IMG/VR virus record: IMGVR_UViG_3300037316_000027
Coordinates: 1-64,000 of that record
Length of the DNA: 64,000 nucleotides
Origin: a virus
Direction: 5' to 3' (one strand)
Shown here: positions 15,310 through 25,808 of the stretch, one piece after another
Position numbering within the stretch: position 1 is the stretch's first letter
Layout of the letters: every line of letters starts with the position of its first letter
Translations under genes and position numbers: made by a program
Notes under the pieces: generated by a model
What the model was told of the DNA's origin: nothing
The model's input: the letters and a program-made list of their open reading frames with translations, nothing else
Databases searched by the model: none

Positions 15310-15348
15310 CGTGTAGCACAACTGACGCGCTCGCCCAACTGGCAATTA
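15310..15348 (-). promoter_or_regulatory. late promoter of the lysis cassette
   Basis: TAATTGCCAG-TTGGGC-17-TACACG, with TG upstream of the -10. Confidence 0.55.
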
Positions 15349-16284
15349 CGCTCGGGTCCGGTGCGCCTTATACCAGTCGTATGTGAGACTTAGGCCCTTC
15401 GCGATCGAATAATCCGGCGCGAAGCCGAGTGCCCTAAGCTTGCTGAGATCAGCGTAGCAGTCCGGGCGGCCGTTCGGCTTGGTTTTATCGAACTGGATGC
15501 GATCGAGGCCCACGCCGCTGATATCTGAAAGCATGCCGGCGACGCGGCGGATGCTGCTCGCTTCGCCGCTGCCGATGTTGATCGCCCCGGATGTGCCCAA
15601 AGCCAGCATGCCGTGCACGATCCGCGCAAGGTCGGCGCTGTAGAGGAAGTCACGCGTCGGCGAGCCGTCTCCCCAGATAGAGACAACAGCATCCGGGTTG
15701 ACCGAGGCATCGTAGAACTTCTTGATCAGGGACGGCAGCACGTGGCCGGTCTCGGTGTTGAACCGATCACGCGGACCATACAAATTGCCGGAGACGAGAT
15801 AGGTGTAATCGAGCCCATGGCTTTCCTTGTACGCTTCGAGCATTGCCAGCATGTGCCGCTTCGCGTGACCGTAGCCGCTCTCCATGTTATGGGGCCGACC
15901 GTCGAAGATGTCGTCTTCTGTGTAAGGCAGTTTCGGCGGCCATGGATAGATCGCATTCGTCCCCATCGCCACGATTTTCTTGACACTGGCGACGACATGA
16001 GCCGAGTGGATCACGTTGGTATTGATCAGTGTGTTGTCGTAGATCGACTTCGCTTGGTTCTTCATGTTGCCCATGATGCCGTAGACGGTCGCGGCCGGAT
16101 GGTAGACGTACTCCGGTTCGATCCGATCGAACATCTTCATCACGGCGATCGGATCGCGGAGATCGCAGTCGCGGCGTGTGACTGGCACGACGCATGTGAG
16201 CCCGTGCGCGCAGAGATGTTCGACGACGGCGGAGCCGGCGAGCCCGTTGGCCCCGGTGACAAGAATACAGGAATTCTGTTTCAT
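15346..16284 (-). CDS. fcl: GDP-L-fucose synthase-like epimerase/reductase
   Basis: GANGLAG, CDLRD, YGHAKR, NLYGPRD.F....HVLPSLI.KF, WGDGSPTRDFLY. Confidence 0.85.
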   Translation of the reverse strand: MKQNSCILVTGANGLAGSAVVEHLCAHGLTCVVPVTRRDCDLRDPIAVMKMFDRIEPEYVYHPAATVYGIMGNMKNQAKSIYDNTLINTNVIHSAHVVASVKKIVAMGTNAIYPWPPKLPYTEDDIFDGRPHNMESGYGHAKRHMLAMLEAYKESHGLDYTYLVSGNLYGPRDRFNTETGHVLPSLIKKFYDASVNPDAVVSIWGDGSPTRDFLYSADLARIVHGMLALGTSGAINIGSGEASSIRRVAGMLSDISGVGLDRIQFDKTKPNGRPDCYADLSKLRALGFAPDYSIAKGLSLTYDWYKAHRTRA

Positions 16285-17147
16285 GCTTTTAATCCCTTGG
16301 TAGCCCGGGCAGCAGCTTGCCGCTCGGCCAGAAGTCGTAGCATATACTGACGGTGTCCGGGAGAGATCACGGTCCCGCCGCGAAGCTGTATTGGAGTTGA
16401 GGGCTGATACCGCCCCCACGCTTCCGGTCCGATCGCTTTCTCAAGCCATGAGACCGTGCTGTGGCGAAAGATATCTTTCATCTTGCCGCAGAGATAAGGC
16501 GTCTCGGTCATCAGCTTCGCGCGGGCGACAAGCTCGTCACGTTCCAGCATATCAATCCAGCGGAAGGCCCCATGGAAGCCGAAGTTCTCTGGGTTGCGCG
16601 GGCCAAGCTCCCACGAGAAACACGAGGCCAGCTCGTGGCCGGGCCACTTGAAGCCGCCTGCCAACTCCAGCCCCGCGCGCCGGTTGCGGCAGAGGTCCCA
16701 ATCGGTTGTGACCGGGTGCTCTTTCGGGTGGTCGGCGAGGAACCGGCCCAGACGTTTCGACATGAGGGTGAAGCCGCCATTGCCCACGTCGTGCGGATCG
16801 CCCGGTCGCACGAGCCACGGCGCTCCGATGTAGTCGTAATTGAAAAATTCCGGCCGCCACTTCGCGGGATCGTAGATGCCCGCGTCCCATTCGAGCATCA
16901 GGGCGAAGTCCGTTGTGATGCCGGCGCAGGCGTATTGATAGTAGAACTGTCCGGCCTCGCGCTTGTTGGGAAAGTCCTTGCACAGGATCAGGCGCGCGTC
17001 GAGCCCGTTGAACTCAGCGGGCTTGTCGGTATAGATCAGCACGTCTCCGAAGGTCGCCTTCGAGAGGCAGTCCTCGATCACGCGCTTGGTGATCTTATGG
17101 GCACGCGTCTCGACGAAGAGCAGGGTGCAGCGGGACAGATCGAGCAT
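16281..17147 (-). CDS. DUF5672-like putative glycosyltransferase
   Basis: EWDAGI....W...F..YDYIGAPW...VGNGGFTLMSKRL, FGFHG. Confidence 0.75.
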   Translation of the reverse strand: MLDLSRCTLLFVETRAHKITKRVIEDCLSKATFGDVLIYTDKPAEFNGLDARLILCKDFPNKREAGQFYYQYACAGITTDFALMLEWDAGIYDPAKWRPEFFNYDYIGAPWLVRPGDPHDVGNGGFTLMSKRLGRFLADHPKEHPVTTDWDLCRNRRAGLELAGGFKWPGHELASCFSWELGPRNPENFGFHGAFRWIDMLERDELVARAKLMTETPYLCGKMKDIFRHSTVSWLEKAIGPEAWGRYQPSTPIQLRGGTVISPGHRQYMLRLLAERQAAARATKGLKA

Positions 17148-17148
17148 T

Positions 17149-18129
17149 TCACCGCGCTCCCAGTTTCTTCATGGTGCGGACATTGTAGTACCAGTCGTCG
17201 GTGATGCTGTCCGGAAGAAGGTGATTGTCGAACGCGCGGACCAGATCATAGACCCCGTCTTCGATGCCGCGCTTCGGCACGAAGCCGAGCACGCGCATTA
17301 TCTTGTCCGAATTGAGCCGATACGAGCGCGGGTCATCGGAGGGCGTCGTCACTATTTCGAGACGATTGTCCCCAACTATGCGGTTCACGGTGTTGGCGAT
17401 ATCCTTGATCGAGCGGTTCTCAAAACCGATGTTGAATATCTCGCCCTGTACCTTGTTGTGTGGGGCGACCAGCATCACTAAGTAGGCGTCCACCATGTCA
17501 TCGATATGGAGATTAGGGCGCATCTGGTCGCCCCCGAATACGGTGATGCGACCGGTCTTGACTGCCTGATTGGTAAGAAGGTTGACGGACAGATCGAACC
17601 GGGTGCGCGGGCTGTAGCCGCAGATTGTGGCCGGACGCAGGATCGTGCACGTGAAGTCATCGGCCCGATGCTCCAACAGCAGCGGCTCGCACATGCCCTT
17701 GAACTTGTTGTAGAGGGACACCGGCACAAGCGGATGATCCTCGGTCACATCAGGGGAGTTGCTAATGCCGTAGACAGAGCCCGACGAGGCTAGGATGAAG
17801 CGCTGCACGCCTGCCATCTTGGCCGCCAATACCATCGGCTGGAAGCAATCATAGTTGGTCGTCTGGGAGAGCTGTTCGTCAAGTTCTACGCTCGCGTCGT
17901 TCGAGATGCAGGCCAGATGGATGACTGCGTACTGATGCTCGAAGTGACGCGAAAGCTGTTCGGTGTCCCTGATATCGCCCTGCACGACGTTTAGGCGCGG
18001 ATGGTTGGGGAGCCGACAGCCGAAGTAGAGCATGTCGTAGACAGTGACAGTGTAGCCTTCGTCAAGAAGGCGCGGCACAAGGACGTGCCCCACGTATCCG
18101 GCACCGCCAGTCACAAGAACATTTGTCAT
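17149..18129 (-). CDS. NAD-dependent NDP-sugar epimerase/dehydratase (SDR)
   Basis: TGGAGYVG, HLACISND, SSGSVYG, YNKFK. Confidence 0.9.
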   Translation of the reverse strand: MTNVLVTGGAGYVGHVLVPRLLDEGYTVTVYDMLYFGCRLPNHPRLNVVQGDIRDTEQLSRHFEHQYAVIHLACISNDASVELDEQLSQTTNYDCFQPMVLAAKMAGVQRFILASSGSVYGISNSPDVTEDHPLVPVSLYNKFKGMCEPLLLEHRADDFTCTILRPATICGYSPRTRFDLSVNLLTNQAVKTGRITVFGGDQMRPNLHIDDMVDAYLVMLVAPHNKVQGEIFNIGFENRSIKDIANTVNRIVGDNRLEIVTTPSDDPRSYRLNSDKIMRVLGFVPKRGIEDGVYDLVRAFDNHLLPDSITDDWYYNVRTMKKLGAR

Positions 18130-19229
18130 CAGAAGGGTCCTTTGAAAGACGGATCGGGCTTATCGATAGGAACGCCCTCACGGGCAGCGATCACGGCAGC
18201 CCGCGCCTCAGCGAATTGTAATCGCCGGACAGGCCCGGCAGTATCGTCGCAGAGGCGCTCCGTTGCATCAATGATATCTGCGGAGCTTGGATAGTAGGCT
18301 TCGGCAAGAGCGATCGAACTGGGGGTTGGGTGGTCCGGCAGACCGATACGCTCAACGGGCCGGTGAAGCATCTGGGGATCGCGCTCCGCGATCGAGGCGA
18401 TGATCTCCGCTCCCGCTCCGTATTGCCGGGAGCCGATGTCACACGTGATGAGCCGTCCTGTCCGGCGTACTGAGGCCATGATCAGATCGAGACTGAGGGG
18501 GCGCAGAACTCTCGCATCGATAACTTCAACGAAACAGCCGACATCCGCAAGCGCCTTCGCGGCCCGAATTGCCTCTAGGACCATATAGGAAGTCGCGACG
18601 ATCGTGGCGCAGTTTCCCTTCATGACGACCCGAGAGCCGACGAGCGGCACTGTGTAGTGTTCGCGCGGGACGATGCCTGTCACGTGATGCAGCCATCTGT
18701 GCTCAAGCATGATGACGGGGTTCTGGTCTTCGACGGCGGCGAGGATCATTCCCTTGAATTCATACGGGGTCGAAGGCATCACAACTTTGAGGCCCGGGAC
18801 GAGAGCGAACATCGCTTCCAAGCTTTGCGAATGCTGCGGCCCTTGGCCCCAGCCGCGACCGATGATCATCCGCACGAGCAGCGGCACCTTGTGCTTGCCC
18901 GTGCTGACGTAGCTGCTCTTCGCAGCCGCGTTGAACAGTTGCTCAAGACACAGGAGCCCGAAGTCTACGCGACGATGGGACATGATCGGGTGCAGTCCCA
19001 TCAAGGCACTGCCGATCGCCATCCCGGTCATCCCGTTTTCGGAGATGGGCATTTCGATGACGCGCTCCGGACCGAACTCGGCCGGGAGGCCCTTGGTCGT
19101 GCCGAAAACGGCGTCGAGAGCCGTGACGCCCTCGCCAGTCAGATAGACGCCCGGGTTATCGCGCAGGGCGATCGTCAGTGCCTCCCGGATTGCTTCGACC
19201 GAAGTGATGGCGTCACGATCATCCTGCAT
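18129..19229 (-). CDS. TPP-dependent enzyme, E1-beta / transketolase C-terminal subunit
   Basis: PISENGMTG.AIG, GRGWGQGPQHSQ, PGLKVV.P. Confidence 0.88.
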   Translation of the reverse strand: MQDDRDAITSVEAIREALTIALRDNPGVYLTGEGVTALDAVFGTTKGLPAEFGPERVIEMPISENGMTGMAIGSALMGLHPIMSHRRVDFGLLCLEQLFNAAAKSSYVSTGKHKVPLLVRMIIGRGWGQGPQHSQSLEAMFALVPGLKVVMPSTPYEFKGMILAAVEDQNPVIMLEHRWLHHVTGIVPREHYTVPLVGSRVVMKGNCATIVATSYMVLEAIRAAKALADVGCFVEVIDARVLRPLSLDLIMASVRRTGRLITCDIGSRQYGAGAEIIASIAERDPQMLHRPVERIGLPDHPTPSSIALAEAYYPSSADIIDATERLCDDTAGPVRRLQFAEARAAVIAAREGVPIDKPDPSFKGPF

Positions 19230-20736
19230 AGACGTGATCTCCTGCGGTCTCGGGATCAGGGAACGGCGCGGCCTCGGCGAATGCAAATGCCTCAGCGATC
19301 TCTGCCGTGATCTCCTGCCGTAGCGTATTGATGGTGCTGCTCAGCGCGGGTTGGAGCTTCAGCAACGGGTCTGTCGCCTTCCACGCTTCGAACTCTTCCG
19401 GTGTCCGATAGCCGAGCGTATGGTCGAAGTTGGGGCCGCAGTGTTCGCGCAATCGATAGGTAGTAGCTTCGATGAAGCTCGGCCCATTCCCGGCGCGCGC
19501 CTTGGCAACGGCGACGGTCATGGCGTCGCGGACGGCGAGCACGTCGTTGCCGTCCACGCGCTGAGCCTCGATACCATGCGACTGGGCGAGCCCGAGAATG
19601 GGCCGCTCCGGCTGCCGTTCGTGCAGCGGCGAGTAGCCGGCGTAGAGATTGTCTTCGCAGACGAAGATAACGGGCAGCTTGCGCAGGGCCGCGAAATTCA
19701 GGCTTTCGTGAAACGCGCCCTCTTCGACGGCGGCGTCGCCCATGTAGACCACGGAGACATCGTCCGTGCCCTTGTACTTCATCGCGAACGCAGCGCCGAC
19801 CCCGATCGGGATCGAGGCCCCGACGATCGGCACACTGACTAGAACCCCGGCCGAGGGATCGAACAGATGCATCGATCCGCCCCGGCCTCCGCAACATCCG
19901 GCCTCGCGGCCCATCATCTCGCAGATCATGGTTTTGAGATCGCCGCCTTTGGCAAGGTAGTGGGCGTGGCAGCGATGCGTGGAAACGATCTGATCGGACG
20001 GGCGCAGCGCGGCGCTGACACCGACCGCGACGGCCTCTTGCCCGACTGACAGATGGATTGGACAGCGCATTTTCTGGTCCGCGTAGCGGGTCGCGATCTC
20101 TTCCTCGATCATGCGAATGCGAAGCATGTCGCGGTAGAGCTTGTTGGGGCGGTGCTCATTTTGCTCCCACACCGCGATAGCAAGATCGAGGATCGCGTGA
20201 CAAATCGTCAAGTGTCCGATCTCGACGAAGCCATAGCGGTTATCGGGGAGCCAGAAATTGATATCACCTGTCTTGCGGAGCGGGTTGTCCGCCTCGAAGC
20301 CGGAGAGCGTGATGACATGCATTAACTTGGCGCGCGCGGCAGCGACGGCCGCCAGAATGTTCGGTGACTTTCCGGAGCTGGAGATCGCGATCAGCAAATC
20401 TCCTTCGCGTCCGTGTCGTTCGACCGGCAGCGCGAAACTCTGCTCGTAGCCGAGATCGTTGGTGAGGCACGTGAGTTGCGGCCCGTCGTTGAAACAGAGA
20501 GCGGCGAACCCACCGTTTTTGAGCCAGTCCGTGGCCATATGACTGGCGATAGCGGCCGAGCCGCCATTGCCTACGAAGATGACACGGCCGTCGTTCGATT
20601 TGACGGCCAGCGATAAGCCAACTGCCCGCGTGAACGCTTCCTCGCTATCGATCGCTTCCGTAGCCCCGAGGTTATTCGCCTTGATTTGTGTGCCAAGAAA
20701 TCCGAGACGGGCGAAGTATCTGACCAGATCGTTCAT
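19219..20736 (-). CDS. fusion of a GmhA-like SIS phosphosugar isomerase and a TPP-dependent E1-alpha subunit
   Basis: GNGGSAAIASH, TCLTNDLGYE, ISSSGKSPNI; then HLSVGQEA, GRGGSMH, GDAAVEEG...N TPP motif. Confidence 0.88.
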   Translation of the reverse strand: MNDLVRYFARLGFLGTQIKANNLGATEAIDSEEAFTRAVGLSLAVKSNDGRVIFVGNGGSAAIASHMATDWLKNGGFAALCFNDGPQLTCLTNDLGYEQSFALPVERHGREGDLLIAISSSGKSPNILAAVAAARAKLMHVITLSGFEADNPLRKTGDINFWLPDNRYGFVEIGHLTICHAILDLAIAVWEQNEHRPNKLYRDMLRIRMIEEEIATRYADQKMRCPIHLSVGQEAVAVGVSAALRPSDQIVSTHRCHAHYLAKGGDLKTMICEMMGREAGCCGGRGGSMHLFDPSAGVLVSVPIVGASIPIGVGAAFAMKYKGTDDVSVVYMGDAAVEEGAFHESLNFAALRKLPVIFVCEDNLYAGYSPLHERQPERPILGLAQSHGIEAQRVDGNDVLAVRDAMTVAVAKARAGNGPSFIEATTYRLREHCGPNFDHTLGYRTPEEFEAWKATDPLLKLQPALSSTINTLRQEITAEIAEAFAFAEAAPFPDPETAGDHVYAG

Positions 20737-22259
20737 TTGAGAAGCGTCCTTATGTAGGCAAGGGTCTGGGCCTTCTCCACCGGCTTGCGATGGCCGAGAA
20801 TGCCGACTTTGATAGCGCCGACAGCATTGCCGATGAAGCTGACCGCTTCCAGATCGTCCGAGACGGCCGCTAGTGGCGATGTGACGGCGAAGAATGCATC
20901 ACCAGCCCCCATGGTGTCAACCACTCGCTTCGTGAAGGCAGGCACGATAACCGCGTCGTCTTCGCCGAGCCAGCTTGCGCAGCCCTCGCTCCCGTGCGTC
21001 AGGATCAGGCGATCCACGTCGATCTTCTCCCGTAGAGCGGCAGCGACGGCGCTCAGGTCCGTGTCCTTGGTCGAGATTGCGAGACGTGCTTCTGGTGCGT
21101 CAAGACAAAGGTAATCGGCCCTCGGATACTTGGTCGCGAGGTTATAGCCAAAGTTGCCGGCGTTGCTCTGCACATTGAGCGCAAGAAATTTCGAGTTCTC
21201 CAACAGGGCCGCGCGGACCCCCGGCGTGAGCAGTCCGTGACCGAAGTCATTCACGATCACCACATCGAAATCTTTCGCCCGTTGCTCGATCTTTTCGACG
21301 AACCGATCGTTCAAGCTTCCAGTCAGGGGCGAGGCGTCCATGGTGTAAACTTCGAACAGCTTGCGCAGGTACGCGCTGTCGATGAAACGCGTCTTGCGCA
21401 CGGTAGGCATTCCGGGGCGGATGATAGAGCGCACCGTAACGTTCGGTCGGATCGAGCTATGTATGAGGTCTTCGTAGCTCTCTACCTCGCCGAGGCAGGT
21501 AAACACTTCCACGTTGGCGCAGAAGTCGGCCACGTGATTGGCAGTGGCGATAGCGCCACCAGCGAAGACTTCCCTGTTGAGCCGCAGTGTCGCCAGCACA
21601 TTCTCCTTCGGCGGCTTGCCAAGCGGGGCAACGTAGGTGTACTCGTCGATGATCGCTTCCCCGACCACCAGTACGTTCAATCCCGCGATCTGTGAGAGCA
21701 ACTCGGGGATGCGCTTGGCGAGACCCCGCTCTCGGGCGTGATCCAGATATTCGCGCAATTCGAGGTTCGACGTATCGAGATATTGGTTGATCAGGGCGGA
21801 AGAGCTGAAGGTGATGTCGTCGGTGAAGTGGATGCGACCGCCGTGGCTCTCAACGGCGCGCTGCTCCGCAATGATGTTGCCCGTGATGTCCGTGCTCGTG
21901 TCCTTGTAGTCAGGACCCTTGACGTAAACATCGGGCATGATCGCGTCGATCACGCTGACCGCACTTCCGGCGTGAGTGATGACGACGCCGCCGACGCATC
22001 CGATCGCGCCGACCATCTCCGCTCGCAAGTCGTGCGGAAAGTGAGGGCGCTCGGGACCCTTGTTGACAAACTCGTCAGCCGTGACGGTCACCAGCAAAAC
22101 ATCGCCCTGTCGGCGCGCTTCCTCGAAGTAGCGGACGTGGCCCAGATGCAGGAGATCGAAGACGCCGTTGGTCAACACGACGCGCTGACCCGTGTTACGG
22201 CATACTCTCGCATACTCGGTTAGCTCGGCGAGAGTTTTGATCTTCGACTTCGCGCTCAT
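20733..22259 (-). CDS. HldE/RfaE-like bifunctional nucleotidyltransferase + PfkB kinase
   Basis: GVFDLLHLGH, NKGPERP, YVKGPDY; DFGHG, DTMGAGDAF. Confidence 0.88.
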   Translation of the reverse strand: MSAKSKIKTLAELTEYARVCRNTGQRVVLTNGVFDLLHLGHVRYFEEARRQGDVLLVTVTADEFVNKGPERPHFPHDLRAEMVGAIGCVGGVVITHAGSAVSVIDAIMPDVYVKGPDYKDTSTDITGNIIAEQRAVESHGGRIHFTDDITFSSSALINQYLDTSNLELREYLDHARERGLAKRIPELLSQIAGLNVLVVGEAIIDEYTYVAPLGKPPKENVLATLRLNREVFAGGAIATANHVADFCANVEVFTCLGEVESYEDLIHSSIRPNVTVRSIIRPGMPTVRKTRFIDSAYLRKLFEVYTMDASPLTGSLNDRFVEKIEQRAKDFDVVIVNDFGHGLLTPGVRAALLENSKFLALNVQSNAGNFGYNLATKYPRADYLCLDAPEARLAISTKDTDLSAVAAALREKIDVDRLILTHGSEGCASWLGEDDAVIVPAFTKRVVDTMGAGDAFFAVTSPLAAVSDDLEAVSFIGNAVGAIKVGILGHRKPVEKAQTLAYIRTLLK

Positions 22260-23059
22260 TTTCCACGGCTCTCCCAAGCGAGGGAGGGGCGGATCACAGG
22301 GACGCCGCCGCGCACGAAGCTGACATCGCCGTCCGGCTGGTGGGACATCATGTCGAGATGGGTCGGCATCTTGGGGTCCACCGTGTTCTCCCGCATGAGG
22401 CGCACCCGCTCGGCGAGGCGCTCGCCCTCCAGCACTTGAGGGAAGTTGAAACTGTCGTGGAACATGAAGTGCTTCGATGTCAGTGACGGGCGGGTATACT
22501 CGAAAGCGAGCCGGGAGGCAAGCTGTTCGTCGGGCCATTTGAACCCGTAGCGCTCAAGCGCCGGCCGATAGACGATGGAGAGGGTCGTGTCGTCGTTGCC
22601 CTCGAACGGCACCTGATCGTCGGACAGCTTGAACTCGTCCGGGTGATCCTTCAAGAATTGCATCAGCCGCTTCGAGCGCAGCCCGCAACCGTTGCCGACG
22701 TTGTAGTTGCCCGGGGGCGTCCACCACGGGGCTCCGATGTAGTCGTATTCCAGAAATTCGTCGGTCCACATCTCCGGGTTGGTGATCCAGCAGTCCCACT
22801 CCGTGAGCAAGAAATGGCTTGTCTTCAGGAAGGGCGCGAGATCGGACCACATCCAGCGGCCGAAGACTTTGCTGCTAGGCCATTTGGGGACCTGTACGAA
22901 GCGTACATCCGGAAAGCCCTCCAGCGGTTCGTCGCAGAAGATCACCACGTCTCCGTAGTCAGCCGCTTCGAGACTGTCGCGCAGCGACAGGGCCGCCAGA
23001 TCGTGGCATACGATATCAACCATCATGAGGGTCACGTCAGGCAGTTGCAGCTTGCTCAT
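22256..23059 (-). CDS. DUF5672-like putative glycosyltransferase (paralog of 16281..17147)
   Basis: EWDCWI.NP..W..EFL.YDYIGAPW...VGNG..LRSKRL. Confidence 0.75.
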   Translation of the reverse strand: MSKLQLPDVTLMMVDIVCHDLAALSLRDSLEAADYGDVVIFCDEPLEGFPDVRFVQVPKWPSSKVFGRWMWSDLAPFLKTSHFLLTEWDCWITNPEMWTDEFLEYDYIGAPWWTPPGNYNVGNGCGLRSKRLMQFLKDHPDEFKLSDDQVPFEGNDDTTLSIVYRPALERYGFKWPDEQLASRLAFEYTRPSLTSKHFMFHDSFNFPQVLEGERLAERVRLMRENTVDPKMPTHLDMMSHQPDGDVSFVRGGVPVIRPSLAWESRGK

Positions 23060-23748
23060 TGAACTTCTCCCCTAGCGGCTATGAGCGCGGCCCACGCTTC
23101 GCGCGTCTTGGCCCCGTGGATGAAAATGTATCCGTCGTTCTTGACGGCATTGATCCCGACCGTGAGATGCTCTGGGACAGTCGAGAAGTGGCCGCCGACC
23201 GCGCCCTCGAAGCCACGCCACGGCAGCCCAGCCGCGTAGGCCAGTTGCACCATGTAGTGATCGATGTTGAGCAGCCGTGGATCGTAGACGATCTTGTCGG
23301 CGCTCGCGAGCATCGCCTCGATCGTTTTGCGCGACAGAAAATACGGAGGCTGGAATGCGACGTGCGGAAGGGTCTCGTCGAGATACGGGTCCGGGTCCGC
23401 GTCAGTCGCTACCATGGACCATACAAGGTCCGGCTCGGCATAGAGATAGGCGGGCAGTTCTGGCGTGAGGCACGCGCTGTCCGCGTCGTTGATGAAGAAA
23501 TACTTCTCCGGGTAGCTCAAGAGGATTTCAAGGTGCCGACGCTGACGCTCCAGCGATGGAATGCCCGTGTAGGCGCGCGCGCCGCCGAACCTGTTCTCGA
23601 CGCCGGGATGGATGATCTCTACGCGGCTATCGTCTGGCGACAGGATGGTGACCGGCCGACCGTGATGTATGTGAAGGCCAAGGTTACCCTGCACGAGGGG
23701 ATGATCCCCCGCGTAGCAACAGACGGCTACCCGCGTGTCCTCGTTCAT
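23056..23748 (-). CDS. putative glycosyltransferase (DxD), paralog A
   Basis: INDADS motif; close paralog of the adjacent gene. Confidence 0.55.
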   Translation of the reverse strand: MNEDTRVAVCCYAGDHPLVQGNLGLHIHHGRPVTILSPDDSRVEIIHPGVENRFGGARAYTGIPSLERQRRHLEILLSYPEKYFFINDADSACLTPELPAYLYAEPDLVWSMVATDADPDPYLDETLPHVAFQPPYFLSRKTIEAMLASADKIVYDPRLLNIDHYMVQLAYAAGLPWRGFEGAVGGHFSTVPEHLTVGINAVKNDGYIFIHGAKTREAWAALIAARGEVQ

Positions 23749-24449
23749 GCGGTCAACTTCCCGACTGCCCCGAGGAAGGTTCGTCGTGCGACTACAAGGG
23801 CTCGCATGTCTTCAGGCTTCTTGATCCCGTGGAAAATACTGATGCCGTCGCTGAGGGCGAGGCGCAATGCCAGCGAGGGGTGACAACAAACACAACTCTC
23901 GAACCTGCGCCACGGCAGCCCGGCCGCGTAGGTCAATTGAACCATGTAGTAGTCGATGAAGGGCATCATGTCGAGAGATGGCACGACCTTGTCGGCGCTC
24001 GCGAGCATCGCCTCGATCGTTTTGCGGGAGAGAAAGTAAGGCGGCTGGAACGCGACGTGGGGCCAGCCCTTGGGGAAGGTTGCCTGATGCTGAGGGATGT
24101 CGTCGTTGACTTGGTTCGACCAGACGAGATCAGGTTCGGCATAGAGGTAGGGCGGAAATTCCGGATCGAGACAAACGCTGTCGGCATCGTGGATCATGAA
24201 GTGTGTCTCAGGAAACTCCAGAAGGATTTCGAGATGACGGCGCTCACGCTCCAGCGTGTGACCGCCAGTGTGCCCGGCCAATCCGCCATGACGGTTATCG
24301 ACGCCGGGAATGACGACGGGGCTGTCCTCGGGGGAGAGGATTACGACCGGGCATTCGTGATGCAGATAGAGATCAAGATTTTCTCTGACCACTTGCGCAT
24401 CGCCGGCATAGCAACAGACCGCGACGCGGGTGTCAGAGTTCATCGTCAT
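23745..24449 (-). CDS. putative glycosyltransferase (DxD), paralog B
   Basis: IHDADS motif; shares [10 protein letters not shown] and [25 protein letters not shown] with paralog A. Confidence 0.55.
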   Translation of the reverse strand: MTMNSDTRVAVCCYAGDAQVVRENLDLYLHHECPVVILSPEDSPVVIPGVDNRHGGLAGHTGGHTLERERRHLEILLEFPETHFMIHDADSVCLDPEFPPYLYAEPDLVWSNQVNDDIPQHQATFPKGWPHVAFQPPYFLSRKTIEAMLASADKVVPSLDMMPFIDYYMVQLTYAAGLPWRRFESCVCCHPSLALRLALSDGISIFHGIKKPEDMRALVVARRTFLGAVGKLTA

Positions 24450-25467
24450 AGACCTTACCGGCTTTCAGATCGCTAACGACCATTTCGTGAACGAGTTCTT
24501 CGAAGCCGACCTTGGGCCGCCATCCCAGAACGCGCCGGGCCTTGGACGCGTCGCCTTTGAGGAAGTCAACTTCGGTCGGACGGAAGTATTTGGGGTCTAT
24601 ACTGACAAGAGCCTTCCCTGTCAAGTCGCTGAAGCCTACTTCGTCCGCTCCCTCCCCTTTCCAGACGATCGGCTGTCCGATCAGGGCGAAAGCGGTCTCC
24701 ACGAACTCGCGGACAGAATGGGCCTCTCCCGTAGCGATTACATAGTCGTCCGGCTTGTCCTGCTGGAGCGCCAACCACATTGCTTCGACGTAGTCCTTGG
24801 CATGGCCCCAATCGCGCACGGCGTTGAGGTTGCCGAGCTGGAGATGCTCCGACCGGCCTTGGTGGATCGCGGCGACAGCCTGCGTGATCTTGCGCGTGAC
24901 GAACGTCGGACCGCGACGCGGGCTCTCGTGATTGAACAGGATGCCATTGCTGGCGTGCATGCCGTAGGCCTCCCGGTAGTTGACCGTGATCCAGTAGGCG
25001 TAGAGCTTCGCAACGCCATAGGGTGAGCGGGGCTTGAAGGGGGTCTTCTCGTCGAGTATCGGCCATGTCTGGAAATTCAGTTGATCGCCGTACATCTCTG
25101 ACGTGCTCGCCTGATAGAGACGTGTCTTCAGGCCGAGCGTGTTGACAGCTTCAAGCAGCCTCAGCGCCCCGATCGCATCCGCGTTAGCAGTATACTCAGG
25201 CGTCTCAAAGCTGACTTGCACATGGGACTGAGCCGCGAGATTGTAAATCTCATCTGGAGCCACATCATGTATAATGCGAGTGAGATTTGATCCATCTGTC
25301 ATGTCCCCGTAGTGCAGCTTCAGGTCCGGCAGATGATCGATACGCGATGTGTTGAACGAAGACGCGCGTCGTTTGAGACCGTGGACTTCATAGCCCTTGC
25401 CGAGCAACAGCTCCGCGAGATAGCTGCCGTCCTGCCCGGTAACTCCGGTGATCAATGCGCGTTTCAT
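24433..25467 (-). CDS. gmd: GDP-mannose 4,6-dehydratase
   Basis: [49 protein letters not shown]. Confidence 0.96.
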   Translation of the reverse strand: MKRALITGVTGQDGSYLAELLLGKGYEVHGLKRRASSFNTSRIDHLPDLKLHYGDMTDGSNLTRIIHDVAPDEIYNLAAQSHVQVSFETPEYTANADAIGALRLLEAVNTLGLKTRLYQASTSEMYGDQLNFQTWPILDEKTPFKPRSPYGVAKLYAYWITVNYREAYGMHASNGILFNHESPRRGPTFVTRKITQAVAAIHQGRSEHLQLGNLNAVRDWGHAKDYVEAMWLALQQDKPDDYVIATGEAHSVREFVETAFALIGQPIVWKGEGADEVGFSDLTGKALVSIDPKYFRPTEVDFLKGDASKARRVLGWRPKVGFEELVHEMVVSDLKAGKVYDDEL

Positions 25468-25808
25468 TCGAAAACTCCCTCTAAGACTATTTCTCCCTTC
25501 ACGATCGAACCATGAAAGAGGCATGTCGGATGTTTGCGGCCGTGACCACCGCTTCTCGTGTTATCGATACTGGGGATCAAAGTCAGACGATCGGGCCAGC
25601 TTGCGCCGTCTGGAAGGATGTTCGCTTGCCAACGATGTGTCTTTTCATCTTGAAGACCGAGCCCTAACTTGATCGAGACCCGGAATGGAGGACCGCACGC
25701 CGGGCACGTGAAAGTGAGATCATACTCATCAATGAGGACGCCGCCTGTCTCCGGTGTAAAACCCCGAACGCATTGTCGCCATTCTGGACTAAGCTCTATG
25801 AGTTTCAT
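25464..25808 (-). CDS. hypothetical protein with CxxC and C..H motifs
   Basis: FTCPACG...LTLIPSI...CLFHGSI. Confidence 0.6.
   Translation of the reverse strand: MKLIELSPEWRQCVRGFTPETGGVLIDEYDLTFTCPACGPPFRVSIKLGLGLQDEKTHRWQANILPDGASWPDRLTLIPSIDNTRSGGHGRKHPTCLFHGSIVKGEIVLEGVFE

Noticed and set aside
18129-20736. Pyruvate dehydrogenase auxiliary metabolic genes
   Set aside because: No E2/E3 genes; fusion to a sugar isomerase and the cluster context favour sugar biosynthesis.
23056-24449. Diversity-generating retroelement TR/VR pair (also considered for the duplicated collagen domain)
   Set aside because: Both copies are intact coding paralogues, differences are not adenine-specific, and there is no reverse transcriptase in the window.
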